Positions 10,215 through 21,053 are shown, counted from the stretch's first letter. The stretch is 64,000 nucleotides of DNA from Nitrosopumilus sp. (GCA_965197525.1 OZ240211.1:384001-448000), one strand, 5' to 3'. Notes: generated by a model from the letters alone, not told the origin. Program-made: numbers and translations.

Positions 10215-11027
10215 TAGTATGAACCATTCAATCTATTTGCACATCGTAGCGCAATTATCTAAATCAAATGAACCAAGATAATTGGACATATCATACATAC
10301 AGCCATAAATAACTAAAACGCAGAGTTATTCACGGATTCAAGGGAATTCTAAAATAAATTTACCAGAGAATGGCAGACATTCATAGATTTAGTATCCAGA
10401 TACGATAGTAGCAAGAGTTGGAAATTAATGAAAAAAGAAAACGTGATTTATGTATTTGATAGAATGAATAGTACGCCAATAATGAAAAATGTATAAGAAT
10501 GTGATTGGATAGTATTCAGATAAGATGGGTCAAAGAAGAGGAGGATAACTTGTAAAAAGAAACAGGTACGCAAATCATACAAGTTGATGACTAGTTGTTT
10601 GCAGTTGAGATTGTGTAAGATGGATAGAAAGACGGCGACAAAATATTATTTTTTATTTGCTTGCTTCTTTCTGTCCATAATTTCGCGGTTTCTCTCAATA
10701 TCTGAGTGCAGTTCAACATGGTCGTAGAGATGCTCTTTTGATTCAAATAACTGATCACAGTAATAACATTGATGCATGACTTACATACGTCGAACTTTAA
10801 TAAATCATTTGTGATACAAAATATAAAAAGAATCACATGAAAATAAGATTTATTGATTTTTGGAGAAAATTTGCGATAGTATTTAAATCAAACTAGCGAT
10901 AATCGTAAGTTATTTACAACGTATGTCAGAATCACTTGCTACACATAGCAACATCCGTTTACACAAATAACAGACAAACAAATAGAAACAATCGTGAATC
11001 AGACACAAACCAATATGTAATGGCAGA

Positions 11028-11336
11028 CTAGTCAGGAGATGAAGAGTTACATACAGGAACATCTCCGGTCTTTTCTTTAAAATCACAAATCAGATCTTGC
11101 TGAATCTTTTTTGGATTTGTAGTAAACATCCTTTGGTATGACGATGTTTTTTGCTTGCATTGATCGCCCTCAAAGTCAGTATCTACATACTTTGTAAACT
11201 GCTCCTCCATGTTATTTGTATGACCAATGTAAATGGGCATCTTGTTTCTATCGTACAGTACATAGACTCCCGAATGCGGCTTTACAAACTTGGCATTTTG
11301 GAGCCATACCCGCATCTTGTCGTCTAACAGTTCCAT
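11028..11336 (-). CDS. Small GIY-YIG nuclease-fold protein
   Basis: SGVYVLYDRNKMPIYIGHT (GVY...IYIG) motif. Confidence 0.7.
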   Translation of the reverse strand: MELLDDKMRVWLQNAKFVKPHSGVYVLYDRNKMPIYIGHTNNMEEQFTKYVDTDFEGDQCKQKTSSYQRMFTTNPKKIQQDLICDFKEKTGDVPVCNSSSPD

Positions 11337-11785
11337 ACCATTATGTATGATTACGGGATATTAAACTGATGTCCCAAACCAAGGTATCAGGTATTCCAAA
11401 GAGGCATAGACACAAAATCAATCAAGACCAACCTATTACAGACAGCTCACAAAGTGGTTTTACAGAATCAGTTATGAGCAATTAAAAATATATGCATCAA
11501 ATATGGCATAGGCAATGTTTGATAGTATGGGGCAATCAGATAGCAAATAATTCAAAGATAGTGCCTAAACTTATTTGAAACACATGTATTGACTAGTAGT
11601 TATTCGTATTATGGTATCGGGTAACACAAGATCATATAATCTAAAGTGGTCTAGTAGTTGTTTAGTGGCTTGTTTGTCTGTTTGTTTTGATTAATCATAC
11701 AAATTAGCATTAGATACACATGGGTATCATGTAAAAAACATAGAAAACACCGGATTAAATGCTTGTGCAATAATCATCACTAGTA

Positions 11786-11992
11786 TCACCGCCGCTCTGA
11801 GCAGCCACACTTGACATAGACCATTTTAAACTCACCCCCTGTTTTGATATTGTGCGACATTGGCCTATGACATTGTTGACAGGGAGTGAATCCAAAGTAT
11901 TCATCAACTGGAACGACCTTGTATGCCCAGGATTTTTTATCATCATCCCAATACACAGAGTTAATTTCAGCGGGGGTATCCATATGAACCAT
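11786..11992 (-). CDS. Small Cys-rich (Zn-binding) hypothetical protein
   Basis: 68 aa with CQQC and CGC; typical thaumarchaeal composition. Confidence 0.65.
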   Translation of the reverse strand: MVHMDTPAEINSVYWDDDKKSWAYKVVPVDEYFGFTPCQQCHRPMSHNIKTGGEFKMVYVKCGCSERR

Positions 11993-12557
11993 AATCTAAA
12001 CGATGTTATTTAATTTGACGTTATTTAGTTGAGTACTGTTGGTATCATAGCACATACTAGAATTCATCACAAGGGTCATGCATGCAAGTTAGCCATAGCG
12101 GATTGAACCGATGTTTAGATTATTTTAATACAAGTCGACTAACTAAACGCAACTGAAAACAGAGGGTAACATACTCGAGAGAGAAAGGTGCTGAAGAAGA
12201 TACTGCAGACATCAACTTCATAGAGATAACTATCAATTAATGCCAAGACAGTACGCAGGATGGATGTTTGTTCTGTATTTTCTTCTTCTTCTTCTTTTAC
12301 AATGCTATCGGACATTGGATTTTTGACAGTATTCCATGCATGTGAAAAATGTTTAACATACAAGATGTGCCGGAGATCCTGTCTTGATTGTACATGGTAC
12401 AATTTGGATATTTTTACATACAAACGCTTTGGTTTGTGCTCTATGATACAATACGCCATATGCTCTGCAGCGCTACACACTAACAACAGAAGGAAGTCAC
12501 GTTAGTTGAATTACAAGCATTGGTAGACAGAACCAAACACAGACGTAGATTTCACTA

Positions 12558-12812
12558 TTAACTGGTATGAGAGTCTACAAGATATGCTGCTTGTTCTCTA
12601 TCAGAATACAAGGCAGAATTATACTTTAACAACTCTAAAACGCTAGTAAATGCAGGACATGCTGTGTCTATGGAGAAAAGTTCTTGGCATTTGGGACATT
12701 GAATTACAGTATGCGACCCCCAATCGCACTCTATATTACCAACAAGATCAAAGACTACTAGTCGGTTACAAGTGCAATACAACTTGCTCTGAAATCTTTC
12801 ACCAAGAGTCAT
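12558..12812 (-). CDS. Small Zn-binding hypothetical protein
   Basis: CTC...CDWG...CPKC...CPAF motifs. Confidence 0.65.
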   Translation of the reverse strand: MTLGERFQSKLYCTCNRLVVFDLVGNIECDWGSHTVIQCPKCQELFSIDTACPAFTSVLELLKYNSALYSDREQAAYLVDSHTS

Positions 12813-13173
12813 ATCAAGATATTTTTCAGAGCGAATATAATTTATTAGTAATCATACAAGATTCTAACTATCTGTGTAATAGAGGTATTAGAATCAAGTA
12901 ATACTCTAAAAATTTCTTTCTGGCTATGTCAATCAATCAACTAGAACAAAACGCGTGACCTTGGGAATTAGAATAAAGTAAAAAAAAGAAAAAAGGATTA
13001 GTTTGAACTAGTTAGGCGGGTAAAGGCACTGAAGATAATAGATCTGCATATTCGAAAAATGTTAACATATTTGAGAACATTTGTTGGCGGGCTTAGAGGG
13101 TGAATTTCCGACTACTGATATCTCAGATGCGTGTGTTAGATTTTAATGACATGAGGCATGCCAACAAATAGCA

Positions 13174-13383
13174 TTGACACAATGTCCCACCTGCAAGCTT
13201 GCAATGGAATCCCATTCAACTGACGAATTAATGGAATGTTGTATAAAACAGATAGGAGATGAATTCGTAAATGGAGAAACAAACACATGTCCAAACTGCA
13301 AACATAACATTAAAGAACATACAGATAAAGAGCTGGCAGAGTGTACCATTGAATTTCTTAGATCGGATATCAATTTCAGATAA
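13174..13383 (+). CDS. Small protein with duplicated CxxC-x5-H-x6-C motif
   Basis: CPTCKLAMESHSTDELMEC and CPNCKHNIKEHTDKELAEC. Confidence 0.7.
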   Translation: MTQCPTCKLAMESHSTDELMECCIKQIGDEFVNGETNTCPNCKHNIKEHTDKELAECTIEFLRSDINFR

Positions 13384-13748
13384 AACAGTATATTAATAAA
13401 AAAAAAGAGAATCAAGAGCATCAACGATGCTTGAATTAAGAATTGCCAATAGTTGCAGGTTAGAACAGATAGCAACAATCATTCTAAGAAAACAGGGATA
13501 AGAAATTGTAGGGGATACATAGATGTACGTAGGTTAGTAGATATAGATACTGCTAAAGAATTTCAGTGGTACGTGGTAGTTTAAAAACGGCTAGTCATTT
13601 AATTGGAGTATACGAGTTTAAACAACAAGCAGATCGCATAGAAATTGTGCAGAAGAATCAACATAGGAAATTATTGATAGATGCTTAAAAATAGTGATCG
13701 AGTCATATTTAATGCCTGGAATAGATAATACTAGATAGAGGTAGAATA

Positions 13749-14093
13749 ATGCTTAGGAAAAGACCACATAAAAATTTCAAAAGGCAGAGATCAAATTTAA
13801 CGACAGAGCAAAAGATTGAAAAGTTTATTATAAGAAATTCAGATAACGGATTTTTTACAAAAGTATCAACTATTCAACATAAATTTGAGATTTCTGAGAA
13901 TATGACATGGGATATAGTAGGCCAACTACTTGTAGAGGGATTGTTGGAATCAACCCATGACGTAGTTACAGGAGAGATGAAGCTCTGTAAAATGGGCAAA
14001 ACATACAATATAATGGATTTAGAACAAAGGCGAAAAAGAGACAGGTATAGAGAAAATAAAAGGACGAAATCAAAGAGAGTCACAAATGAATGA
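13749..14093 (+). CDS. Basic hypothetical protein (possible winged helix)
   Basis: 114-aa ORF with the coding-strand purine bias seen in real genes of this window. Confidence 0.6.
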   Translation: MLRKRPHKNFKRQRSNLTTEQKIEKFIIRNSDNGFFTKVSTIQHKFEISENMTWDIVGQLLVEGLLESTHDVVTGEMKLCKMGKTYNIMDLEQRRKRDRYRENKRTKSKRVTNE

Positions 14094-14158
14094 TAAATTT
14101 AGATTAGTGCAGTTAGATGATAACAATCTCTAAATTTTAGACAATATGTAAAGATGTA

Positions 14159-14305
14159 ATGAACGACGACTATGACAGTAATGAGGAAGAGAAGAAAGTA
14201 GAGGAAGAAAAAGGAAAAGACGGTGATGGTGATAATGATAATAAGAATGATGATGAGAATCTACCTGCACAATACCATGGCGTATCAATTCCAACGAAAA
14301 AATGA
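14159..14305 (+). CDS. Small acidic protein, 48 aa (not in the ORF track)
   Basis: Hand translation: MNDDYDSNEEEKKVEEEKGKDGDGDNDNKNDDENLPAQYHGVSIPTKK*. Confidence 0.4.
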   Translation: MNDDYDSNEEEKKVEEEKGKDGDGDNDNKNDDENLPAQYHGVSIPTKK

Positions 14306-14373
14306 TCTGGATACTTGTTTTATGCAATCTTCTGTACGATTTGTAGAATGATCAAATTTGTTATTCTTACAGG

Positions 14374-14874
14374 TTAGCTACTAGTGTTATCATTACTATT
14401 ACTATTACTAGGACTATTGACAGCATTTTTCTCATAATAGTACTCTTGTTTTTTCAAGTCATTTTCAGATATAATTCGACATTTTTTCATCAGTACCAGT
14501 CTTGAGATCTGCTCATATGTGTTCATATCCCTAACGTCTGCGGCATATGCAATCTGTAACAACGGAGGTTTCTCTTTAATCATAGGTTTTGCTTGCTCAT
14601 ATCCACCACTCTGTCGCATGCCGGTTCTAAACAACCCTAAATTGGAGTCACTTACAGATACCTGAGGATCTTGATAACAACAGAGTGCAAACTCGCCATT
14701 GTTCTTCTCAATAATGGTTAATCGGGTAAATTTGTCACTCCAACTCTCTATTGTTTTAGCCATTAACGCGGCTTCTTTTTTATCCTCAAAGACAGTGGAG
14801 ACTACCAATCTATCCTTTTCGTATGCCCATGAAATTCCGTAAAAACTATCATGCCATGTTATATCAAAAGACAT
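14374..14874 (-). CDS. Hypothetical protein
   Basis: 166-aa ORF with globular composition and an SSR-derived NSNSN tail. Confidence 0.65.
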   Translation of the reverse strand: MSFDITWHDSFYGISWAYEKDRLVVSTVFEDKKEAALMAKTIESWSDKFTRLTIIEKNNGEFALCCYQDPQVSVSDSNLGLFRTGMRQSGGYEQAKPMIKEKPPLLQIAYAADVRDMNTYEQISRLVLMKKCRIISENDLKKQEYYYEKNAVNSPSNSNSNDNTSS

Positions 14875-15054
14875 ACATTACATACAAAATATTCAAATTA
14901 ATATATTTAAAACAGAATCACAGTGTGTCAACAAGACAAAAATCTGGTCATAGAAGAGTACGCGTGTACAACAACTATGTTTAAGATACAAGATGAGTTC
15001 AAAGCACAAATTTGATTCATCGAATCCCTTAAGTAATGTTTCAGATATGAAAAA

Positions 15055-15456
15055 ATGATGGATTTTGAAAATCTTTTGAAGAGAATAATGGATTCAGACA
15101 TCAATATTAGGCACAGTATAATTACTGACATTGATGGAAGCATTCTGTCTACGGGCCACAGAGAAGGAATTGTAAATTTTCTATCACAAGAAGAGACAGA
15201 AGCGTCACTTAAAAGAGCGGCAGTAGCATGGAAAGGAAGAAAACAACTGCGTCCAAAGATAGGAAACGGATTGTATGCAGTCGCAGCGTTTGAAAAGATT
15301 ACAAGAATAACATTCCCGTTAGGAGATGAAAATCTGATCTTTGTGAGCATGGGTTCAGACACTGTGCGAATGGATTTGCATGAAGGTGGACAGAAGCAGA
15401 TTGTAGAACAAGTACTGAATATTCTGAGTCGAGATCCTACAAAAGCAACCGTCTAG
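15055..15456 (+). CDS. Roadblock/LC7-like (DUF6659-type) thaumarchaeal protein
   Basis: IMDSDINIRHSIITDIDG...YAVAAFEKITRITFPL pattern. Confidence 0.55.
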   Translation: MMDFENLLKRIMDSDINIRHSIITDIDGSILSTGHREGIVNFLSQEETEASLKRAAVAWKGRKQLRPKIGNGLYAVAAFEKITRITFPLGDENLIFVSMGSDTVRMDLHEGGQKQIVEQVLNILSRDPTKATV

Positions 15457-15463
15457 AATTAGA

Positions 15464-15493
15464 TTAGGTAAAACCTAACTACTTTTTTGTTTT
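15464..15493 (+). terminator. Hairpin plus T-tract after the roadblock-like gene
   Basis: ttaggt-aaa-acctaa followed by acttttttgttttt. Confidence 0.4.
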
Positions 15494-15663
15494 TCATATC
15501 AGAACTTTGCATTAAAGATATTAGAGTGTAAACAGTATCAATTGAGATGATAAAGATTACGCATACCAAAGAATGCCAATACAGAAACAACAACGACATG
15601 CCACACAACAACTGCTTCTGTCAGTGTCACAAAATCGTAATGGCAGAATCTGCAAAGATGAGA

Positions 15664-15987
15664 TCAAAGGTTCTTTGACTTTTGTTCATTCTCAAAGCTG
15701 TCAATGATTTTAGTGACATTTGTAATTATAGTATCTTTAATTTGGGATTGGGTCATTCCGGATTTACTCATAAGTTTCATCTGATCAAGCAAGGCAAAAT
15801 GTACCCTACCTTGAAGGTAATCAACTATTCCAAAACCTTGTTTTGGAAAATTAGTTACAAATATGTCATCAAAGTCGTCGTCATCAGTAGTAGTAGTAGG
15901 TGGTTGTGCCACAATATCAAATAAGAAAGGCAAGTTATAAGATTTGGGACAGTAATGATTACTCGTTATTCCTTTTTTGAGATTCAA
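15664..15987 (-). CDS. Hypothetical protein (true start probably downstream)
   Basis: The C-terminal half GFGIVDYLQGRVHFALLDQMKLMS...IIDSFE looks like genuine coding sequence. Confidence 0.45.
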   Translation of the reverse strand: MNLKKGITSNHYCPKSYNLPFLFDIVAQPPTTTTDDDDFDDIFVTNFPKQGFGIVDYLQGRVHFALLDQMKLMSKSGMTQSQIKDTIITNVTKIIDSFENEQKSKNL

Positions 15988-16037
15988 CGTTTTACAATTA
16001 GCACGTACAGAGACATAGAAACAATGGCAGCAGAGTA

Positions 16038-16113
16038 CAGGGAACGATAGAGGTTAGGTTCCATACCTGCAAACCCGATAACTCGTGCTCAACCTAACCT
16101 CTTACCAGGGAAC
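16038..16113. other. 60-bp inverted-repeat-bounded element between 8-bp direct repeats (MITE-like footprint or structured RNA)
   Basis: CAGGGAAC at 16038-16045 and 16106-16113. AGAGGTTAGGTT (16049-16060) is the perfect reverse complement of AACCTAACCTCT (16091-16102). Confidence 0.6.
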
Positions 16114-16159
16114 CATGTAAAGATTTACAAATAATCATCAGACCGTAATGGGTAACTGC

Positions 16160-16510
16160 ATGACGAAATTCCTATACAAACCATACGAGGTCATCTATGT
16201 CAGGGATATGATAAAACTAAGTTTAGATGATTTTATAGGCATGATGTCATCACTAGAGGCAGCTAACGCATACTGGGTAGATGGCGTGCTGTTTGCCAGC
16301 TTTGCCATGACAGAATCAGAAGAGCTTGCAAAAAAAGAGATGCAAAATGAGATGTTCCTAGATAAGATAATCTTCTCATCATACAAAGAGTACGCAAAGA
16401 CTGTCAAATCATCGACAAACCTTGAGATAGGGGTACTGAACATGCAAAAGAGTAGACTGTATAGAGACTTGATAGTGTGGCTGAAGACACAGTCAGTATG
16501 GAATGAATAA
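16160..16510 (+). CDS. Conserved thaumarchaeal hypothetical protein
   Basis: ORF open from 16148; MTKFLYKPYEVIYVRD start at 16160. Confidence 0.7.
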   Translation: MTKFLYKPYEVIYVRDMIKLSLDDFIGMMSSLEAANAYWVDGVLFASFAMTESEELAKKEMQNEMFLDKIIFSSYKEYAKTVKSSTNLEIGVLNMQKSRLYRDLIVWLKTQSVWNE

Positions 16511-16781
16511 ACAGATGAAGAGCCGCCAAAAGGCATAAAGATATCATCAACGATTAACTGCCAACTTGGTAGCTAAAACACACACAAAAAAGAAGTTTTT
16601 TGTTGGTGTTTGTTTGTTTGTAAAAATCAGTAGAATACCAATATGGAGTTTATTCAAATTTGCGATATGTGCAAATATGATGTACAAGACAGGAACACTG
16701 TAACTATACTCAGACTATAACAACATGATCACGTATTTAGATCATCACATCACGAGATATGTCATACAGAAGATAAAATAT

Positions 16782-17462
16782 TCAGGATACGTTATTAAGA
16801 TAATATTGGTCTAATCTCTGCTGCAGTGGTTCCAAGTACATATCACATGTTTGAATGAATTCTTGACGAGTATTCTTCTCACTACTAACTAGGATTACAA
16901 CTTGTGGAATAGCAACTCCAGTTATCTCTTGAAACATTTGTGCATAACATACAGTTTGCAAGTAATATTCATACATATACTCGTCTTTCTGAGGCTTTCT
17001 CTTAGTCTTGTAGTCAATGACTGATAGTACACCATTATACTCTGCGAGCAAATCTGTAGTTCCTGCAACTTGGAGTTTATCAGAATGCATCTTTTGTTCA
17101 GTGCAAACCACATTTGTTACATTATTCAAATAGGGTTTAAGATTAGTAAAATGAGCAATAGATAACAAGTCAAATTCATCTATAGATAAATTATCACACA
17201 GATAATCCTCCATAATTTTATGCAATTGCGTTCCCGTCTCTTTTGCCCTGTCTGTGATATAGTGATGTGCAGGCTCGCTTGCCTTCCAGGATTCTAACAT
17301 ATCTTTTTTGTGTGCTGGAACGGTGGCAGACAGTACAGTACTAATGGAAGGATATACCTTGCCTGTACTGGTTTTATACCAATGCCCGTCATCTCTGTCT
17401 AGTAGAACAGGGGCATGAGATGATAGAAGCGCGTCTTTATTAGGCAACATAGTAGTCTGCAT
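16782..17462 (-). CDS. PD-(D/E)XK nuclease (MGME1/phage exonuclease, Cas4-like fold)
   Basis: YPSISTVL, GTQLH, TEQKM..AGTTD..IDYKT and QTVCY motifs. Confidence 0.8.
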   Translation of the reverse strand: MQTTMLPNKDALLSSHAPVLLDRDDGHWYKTSTGKVYPSISTVLSATVPAHKKDMLESWKASEPAHHYITDRAKETGTQLHKIMEDYLCDNLSIDEFDLLSIAHFTNLKPYLNNVTNVVCTEQKMHSDKLQVAGTTDLLAEYNGVLSVIDYKTKRKPQKDEYMYEYYLQTVCYAQMFQEITGVAIPQVVILVSSEKNTRQEFIQTCDMYLEPLQQRLDQYYLNNVS

Positions 17463-17496
17463 AACAAAGCAGTTATTGAATGAATTGCAAGACAGA

Positions 17497-17916
17497 TCAA
17501 CTGGTTAATTTCTTGAATTTATCAAATTCAGACTTGGTCTTTACGAATTGGTCAGTCATAATCTTTCCAAGGAAGAATATAGGTTCTAACTCTTCATTGA
17601 TTATAACAATCTCCTCGTCAAGAATTACTATATCAATAAACTCACTGCAAGGATATACGGTATACTCAAATGGTGTCGTATCACTTTGAATCTTTAATTG
17701 AAATCCCATCAATAGCCCTAAATCTTCGTGTTTGTTTAAAAATCCAATTAAAGACGCCTTTACGCTGAGATGATTTTTAGAGATTTCCAAAAGACGGGTT
17801 TGGTTATCGACACTAGGATCAACTATGCATGCAGTAGGTAGTTTGTTCCTATGCAAAATGATGGATTTATGAGTTGGAATATACTCATTTGAATCAGACA
17901 TTTTGTCTAGCGGCAT
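17497..17916 (-). CDS. Hypothetical protein
   Basis: 139-aa ORF co-oriented between the helicase and the nuclease. Confidence 0.6.
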   Translation of the reverse strand: MPLDKMSDSNEYIPTHKSIILHRNKLPTACIVDPSVDNQTRLLEISKNHLSVKASLIGFLNKHEDLGLLMGFQLKIQSDTTPFEYTVYPCSEFIDIVILDEEIVIINEELEPIFFLGKIMTDQFVKTKSEFDKFKKLTS

Positions 17917-17998
17917 ACAGAGATACTAATAATTTCGTTAATTAATTAATTTAGACATAGAGTAGTAGTAAACCATATACAAAAAGATAAAAAATTAC

Positions 17999-20785
17999 TC
18001 AGACAGACTTGAAGATATTAAAAACATTGTATGCGCCAATCTTTGAGAGATGTTTATTTTTTGTTTGGCAGTAATTAGTAGTGAATGTGCATTTTGGACA
18101 TCCGCCACCCCAGTCATCGTCGTCGTGGTTTGATGTCGACATTGATGATTGTGATGGCTGCGATGCATCCTTTGTGTTACTTGTTACATGGCATGTACAA
18201 TCATGTAACATGGCATAGCAAACTAGGAGAATACGCTTGAAATTATCAAATATTATTCTGCTACACCCATTAGCGCCATCAGAGGTATTATCATATAGAT
18301 AAATCACGCTATCCTGATAATACGTACCAATATCATTTGATTCAGATTTTGTAATGATCTTACTTGCGTTAACTAAAACATGAGCAATGGTGTGAATGTC
18401 AGAATCATCTGAACTAGAGGTTGTAGAACCAGGTATTTTTCCCACGATATCAGCAGGCAGTGTTATACATACCGCAGAATGCCTTGATTTCCAGTTAAAA
18501 TCACGCCAAGACGGAATCGAGTCACCATTAAAAGTCTCAAAACTATCCAAAGGATCATTATAGTTGCCTTTCTGATAACCGATAATAGTTCTATCAAGTT
18601 CAATGAGACCAAACCATAGTGATAGCTTTGTATTATTAGGCATTCTAGGAGAGATGATTGTCTTGTTAACAGCGTCTGATTCTGACATCTTTAAGATCTT
18701 AGTCTTTAGAACAGGAACTGTTCTTTTTTGATACTCGGTGGATTTGACCAAATATGCCCGAGCGCCGTTTTTAGTCTTTGTAAGAGAGTCTACTGCATAG
18801 GTTCCTTTATCAAAGTGATAGATGGCGTGCTGATAGAGTTGATAATACCCTGTAGGGGTATCACGGGTCCCAATCTTTTTAGAATCAAAATAAATCTCAA
18901 CTTCTCCTGCAGCACCTCGCAGACTAACACTGTTGGCAAAATCAAAGAACTGAGATTTGTCAGATTCCATAGCAGCATGCTGTTCTATTCCTAGTGACGC
19001 AGTATGTTTCTCTGCAATTATAGGGTTGTTTTTATTAATTTGGACGATATGATCCTGGTTAAGATATTCAGGCATGTGTCTTGCAAAGTAATGGCAGGTA
19101 GCATCCTGAGGATCAAACACGCAGATAACGTACGATTTTTGTCCCATTCTTCCTGCACGTCCAATTCTTTGAACAAACGAGTCATACTCGTTTTTAAATG
19201 ACGAGATGACGACATCCACATGACCTATGTCAATTCCCAACTCTAATGTGGGAGTGCATGATAAGGCGTCTAACTCGCCTAGCTTCATTTGACTCTCATA
19301 TAATTTTCTGTTTGATTGCTCAAGACCGCCCCGATGTACTTGGATTTTTATCTCTCGGTTTTCGTTCTCAACATTTGATGCCAGAAGTTCTGCATCGCTG
19401 TGTGTGTTACTAAAGATCAGTTGTTTTTTGTAGTTCTTAAAACACATTGATGTAAGCATCTCCATAGTTGTGCGCTGTCCTAACTTTCTAGGCATTATAA
19501 AAAACATATGCTTGTTTTGTAATCTAGACTGCTTGCTTGTAACACATGAAAACGAGTCTGCGGGAATATCAAGTAGATCAGAGAAGAACTCTCTGGAATT
19601 AGCCAGAGTTGCAGATGAGCCGATAAACTGGATTTTGCCCATGTACCTCTTCATTCTTTTTAATACATGGTATACATTTGAGCCATGAAAACTAGTGTAC
19701 GAATGGGCTTCGTCAATTACCATGATTTTTGCATTTTTGAACAGCTCGGACCATTTTTTATCATGGAGTATGAGATGATAGTTAATGAAATCAAAGTTGG
19801 TGGCAAGAATGAGGCATTTTGATTTAGACTCAGAGATAATCTGGTCTTTGTATTTTGCACTCTGACCTCCGTGGATAGAGTACGCTGCGATGGTGTCATT
19901 GAGATGACACGCTTCAATAAGCCCAGAGATTTTAGATACTTGATCATCAATTAGCGCGTTGAGCGGATATACCAGCAACGCTATAACACCAAAAGAGTAA
20001 CCCTCAGAAATTTTTTGCAGTATAGGAATGATAAACGCCTCAGTTTTGCCTGAACCGGTAGGTGCGGTGATAATAGAGTTATCCCCGTTTAGAATCGTGC
20101 GAGTAGCCTCTTCTTGAAATGAGAGCAGGCCTGAAAAGCCGTATCTTTGTAGCCCATCTAAGATATTCTTTGATAGTATGTCACTAAGCATGGTCAGAGG
20201 TATTTTATCAGGCTCAGGAGAGGTTAGACTCTCATAATGGATTAAAGCCAGTGACTCTTCTTTATGTCCTTGAACGATCTGATGGATTACTGGATCGTCT
20301 AACTCGGATTTTGGTATTTTTTGGATATCGTATAACATGTCATCAGATAGTGGAATATTTGATGATGTGTCAGTAGAGGATTTAGCATACGACATATCAT
20401 CCTGAGATGACACAACAAGAGTTTTTGATTCAATTTTACTCTTATGTGTAGTAGGGGAAGAGTTCTGAGAAGGCGACTGCTGCATCATGGCATCATCGGT
20501 GTAATCAGAAGGAATGTCAGAGGAAGTATCAGAACAGTTGTGTGGCAGGTCAGTACGTACATCTAATGGAATAAATTTACCACTGTCTGATTTGAATAAT
20601 TCATCCCAATAAATATCTGCACCACATCCTTTGTAGCATTTTTTTGTTTTTTGGGAATGGTTGTATCCTAGAGAGGATCTCTTTTTAACCTGAGCAGGAT
20701 TGCATTGGGGACATATTTTAGGACCTCCTACATCAGCTTTGTTTGATACAAGTCTAGTGCCGCAGTCATCGCAAAACTTTATCAT
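17999..20785 (-). CDS. SF2 DEAD/DEAH helicase with C-terminal DUF1998-type Zn-binding domain (YprA/Hrq1/SftH-like) and N-terminal Zn ribbons
   Basis: APTGSGKT (Walker A), DEAH, SAT, HRGG, LELGIDIG, QRIGRAGR, LYD...GANG, and CTC...CPKC. Confidence 0.85.
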   Translation of the reverse strand: MIKFCDDCGTRLVSNKADVGGPKICPQCNPAQVKKRSSLGYNHSQKTKKCYKGCGADIYWDELFKSDSGKFIPLDVRTDLPHNCSDTSSDIPSDYTDDAMMQQSPSQNSSPTTHKSKIESKTLVVSSQDDMSYAKSSTDTSSNIPLSDDMLYDIQKIPKSELDDPVIHQIVQGHKEESLALIHYESLTSPEPDKIPLTMLSDILSKNILDGLQRYGFSGLLSFQEEATRTILNGDNSIITAPTGSGKTEAFIIPILQKISEGYSFGVIALLVYPLNALIDDQVSKISGLIEACHLNDTIAAYSIHGGQSAKYKDQIISESKSKCLILATNFDFINYHLILHDKKWSELFKNAKIMVIDEAHSYTSFHGSNVYHVLKRMKRYMGKIQFIGSSATLANSREFFSDLLDIPADSFSCVTSKQSRLQNKHMFFIMPRKLGQRTTMEMLTSMCFKNYKKQLIFSNTHSDAELLASNVENENREIKIQVHRGGLEQSNRKLYESQMKLGELDALSCTPTLELGIDIGHVDVVISSFKNEYDSFVQRIGRAGRMGQKSYVICVFDPQDATCHYFARHMPEYLNQDHIVQINKNNPIIAEKHTASLGIEQHAAMESDKSQFFDFANSVSLRGAAGEVEIYFDSKKIGTRDTPTGYYQLYQHAIYHFDKGTYAVDSLTKTKNGARAYLVKSTEYQKRTVPVLKTKILKMSESDAVNKTIISPRMPNNTKLSLWFGLIELDRTIIGYQKGNYNDPLDSFETFNGDSIPSWRDFNWKSRHSAVCITLPADIVGKIPGSTTSSSDDSDIHTIAHVLVNASKIITKSESNDIGTYYQDSVIYLYDNTSDGANGCSRIIFDNFKRILLVCYAMLHDCTCHVTSNTKDASQPSQSSMSTSNHDDDDWGGGCPKCTFTTNYCQTKNKHLSKIGAYNVFNIFKSV

Positions 20786-21053
20786 TAGTAAAAAACTAAC
20801 TCTAAACTCTACATATAAGGTATGTGTAAAATTAAGTCAGTGTGTTAATTTAAAGACACGTTTTAAAAGAAAGGGTGATTGACAATATTGTATTACTTGA
20901 TTATCATCAAATCTGAGATGGTGATACATGTAGCGTTGAGAAAAATAACAGCGCCGTCAAACAATATTACACAGAATCAAAAGACAGAAAATCACAAAGC
21001 AGTTTATGTAACAGCAAGACAATAAATAAATAAATAAAATATTATAAGAAAAA

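Noticed and set aside
12525-12535. GACAGAACC as a further TIR-family end
   Set aside because: Only 9 bp match, the GTTAT core is absent, and there is no partner end.
14909-14924. 16-bp identity with 53124-53139 (AAAACAGAATCACAGT)
   Set aside because: This is expected by chance in 64 kb of AT-rich DNA, and no shared context is visible.
16782-17462. Cas4 of a CRISPR system
   Set aside because: The four-Cys Fe-S cluster pattern is absent and there are no cas genes or array; it fits a stand-alone PD-(D/E)XK exonuclease better.
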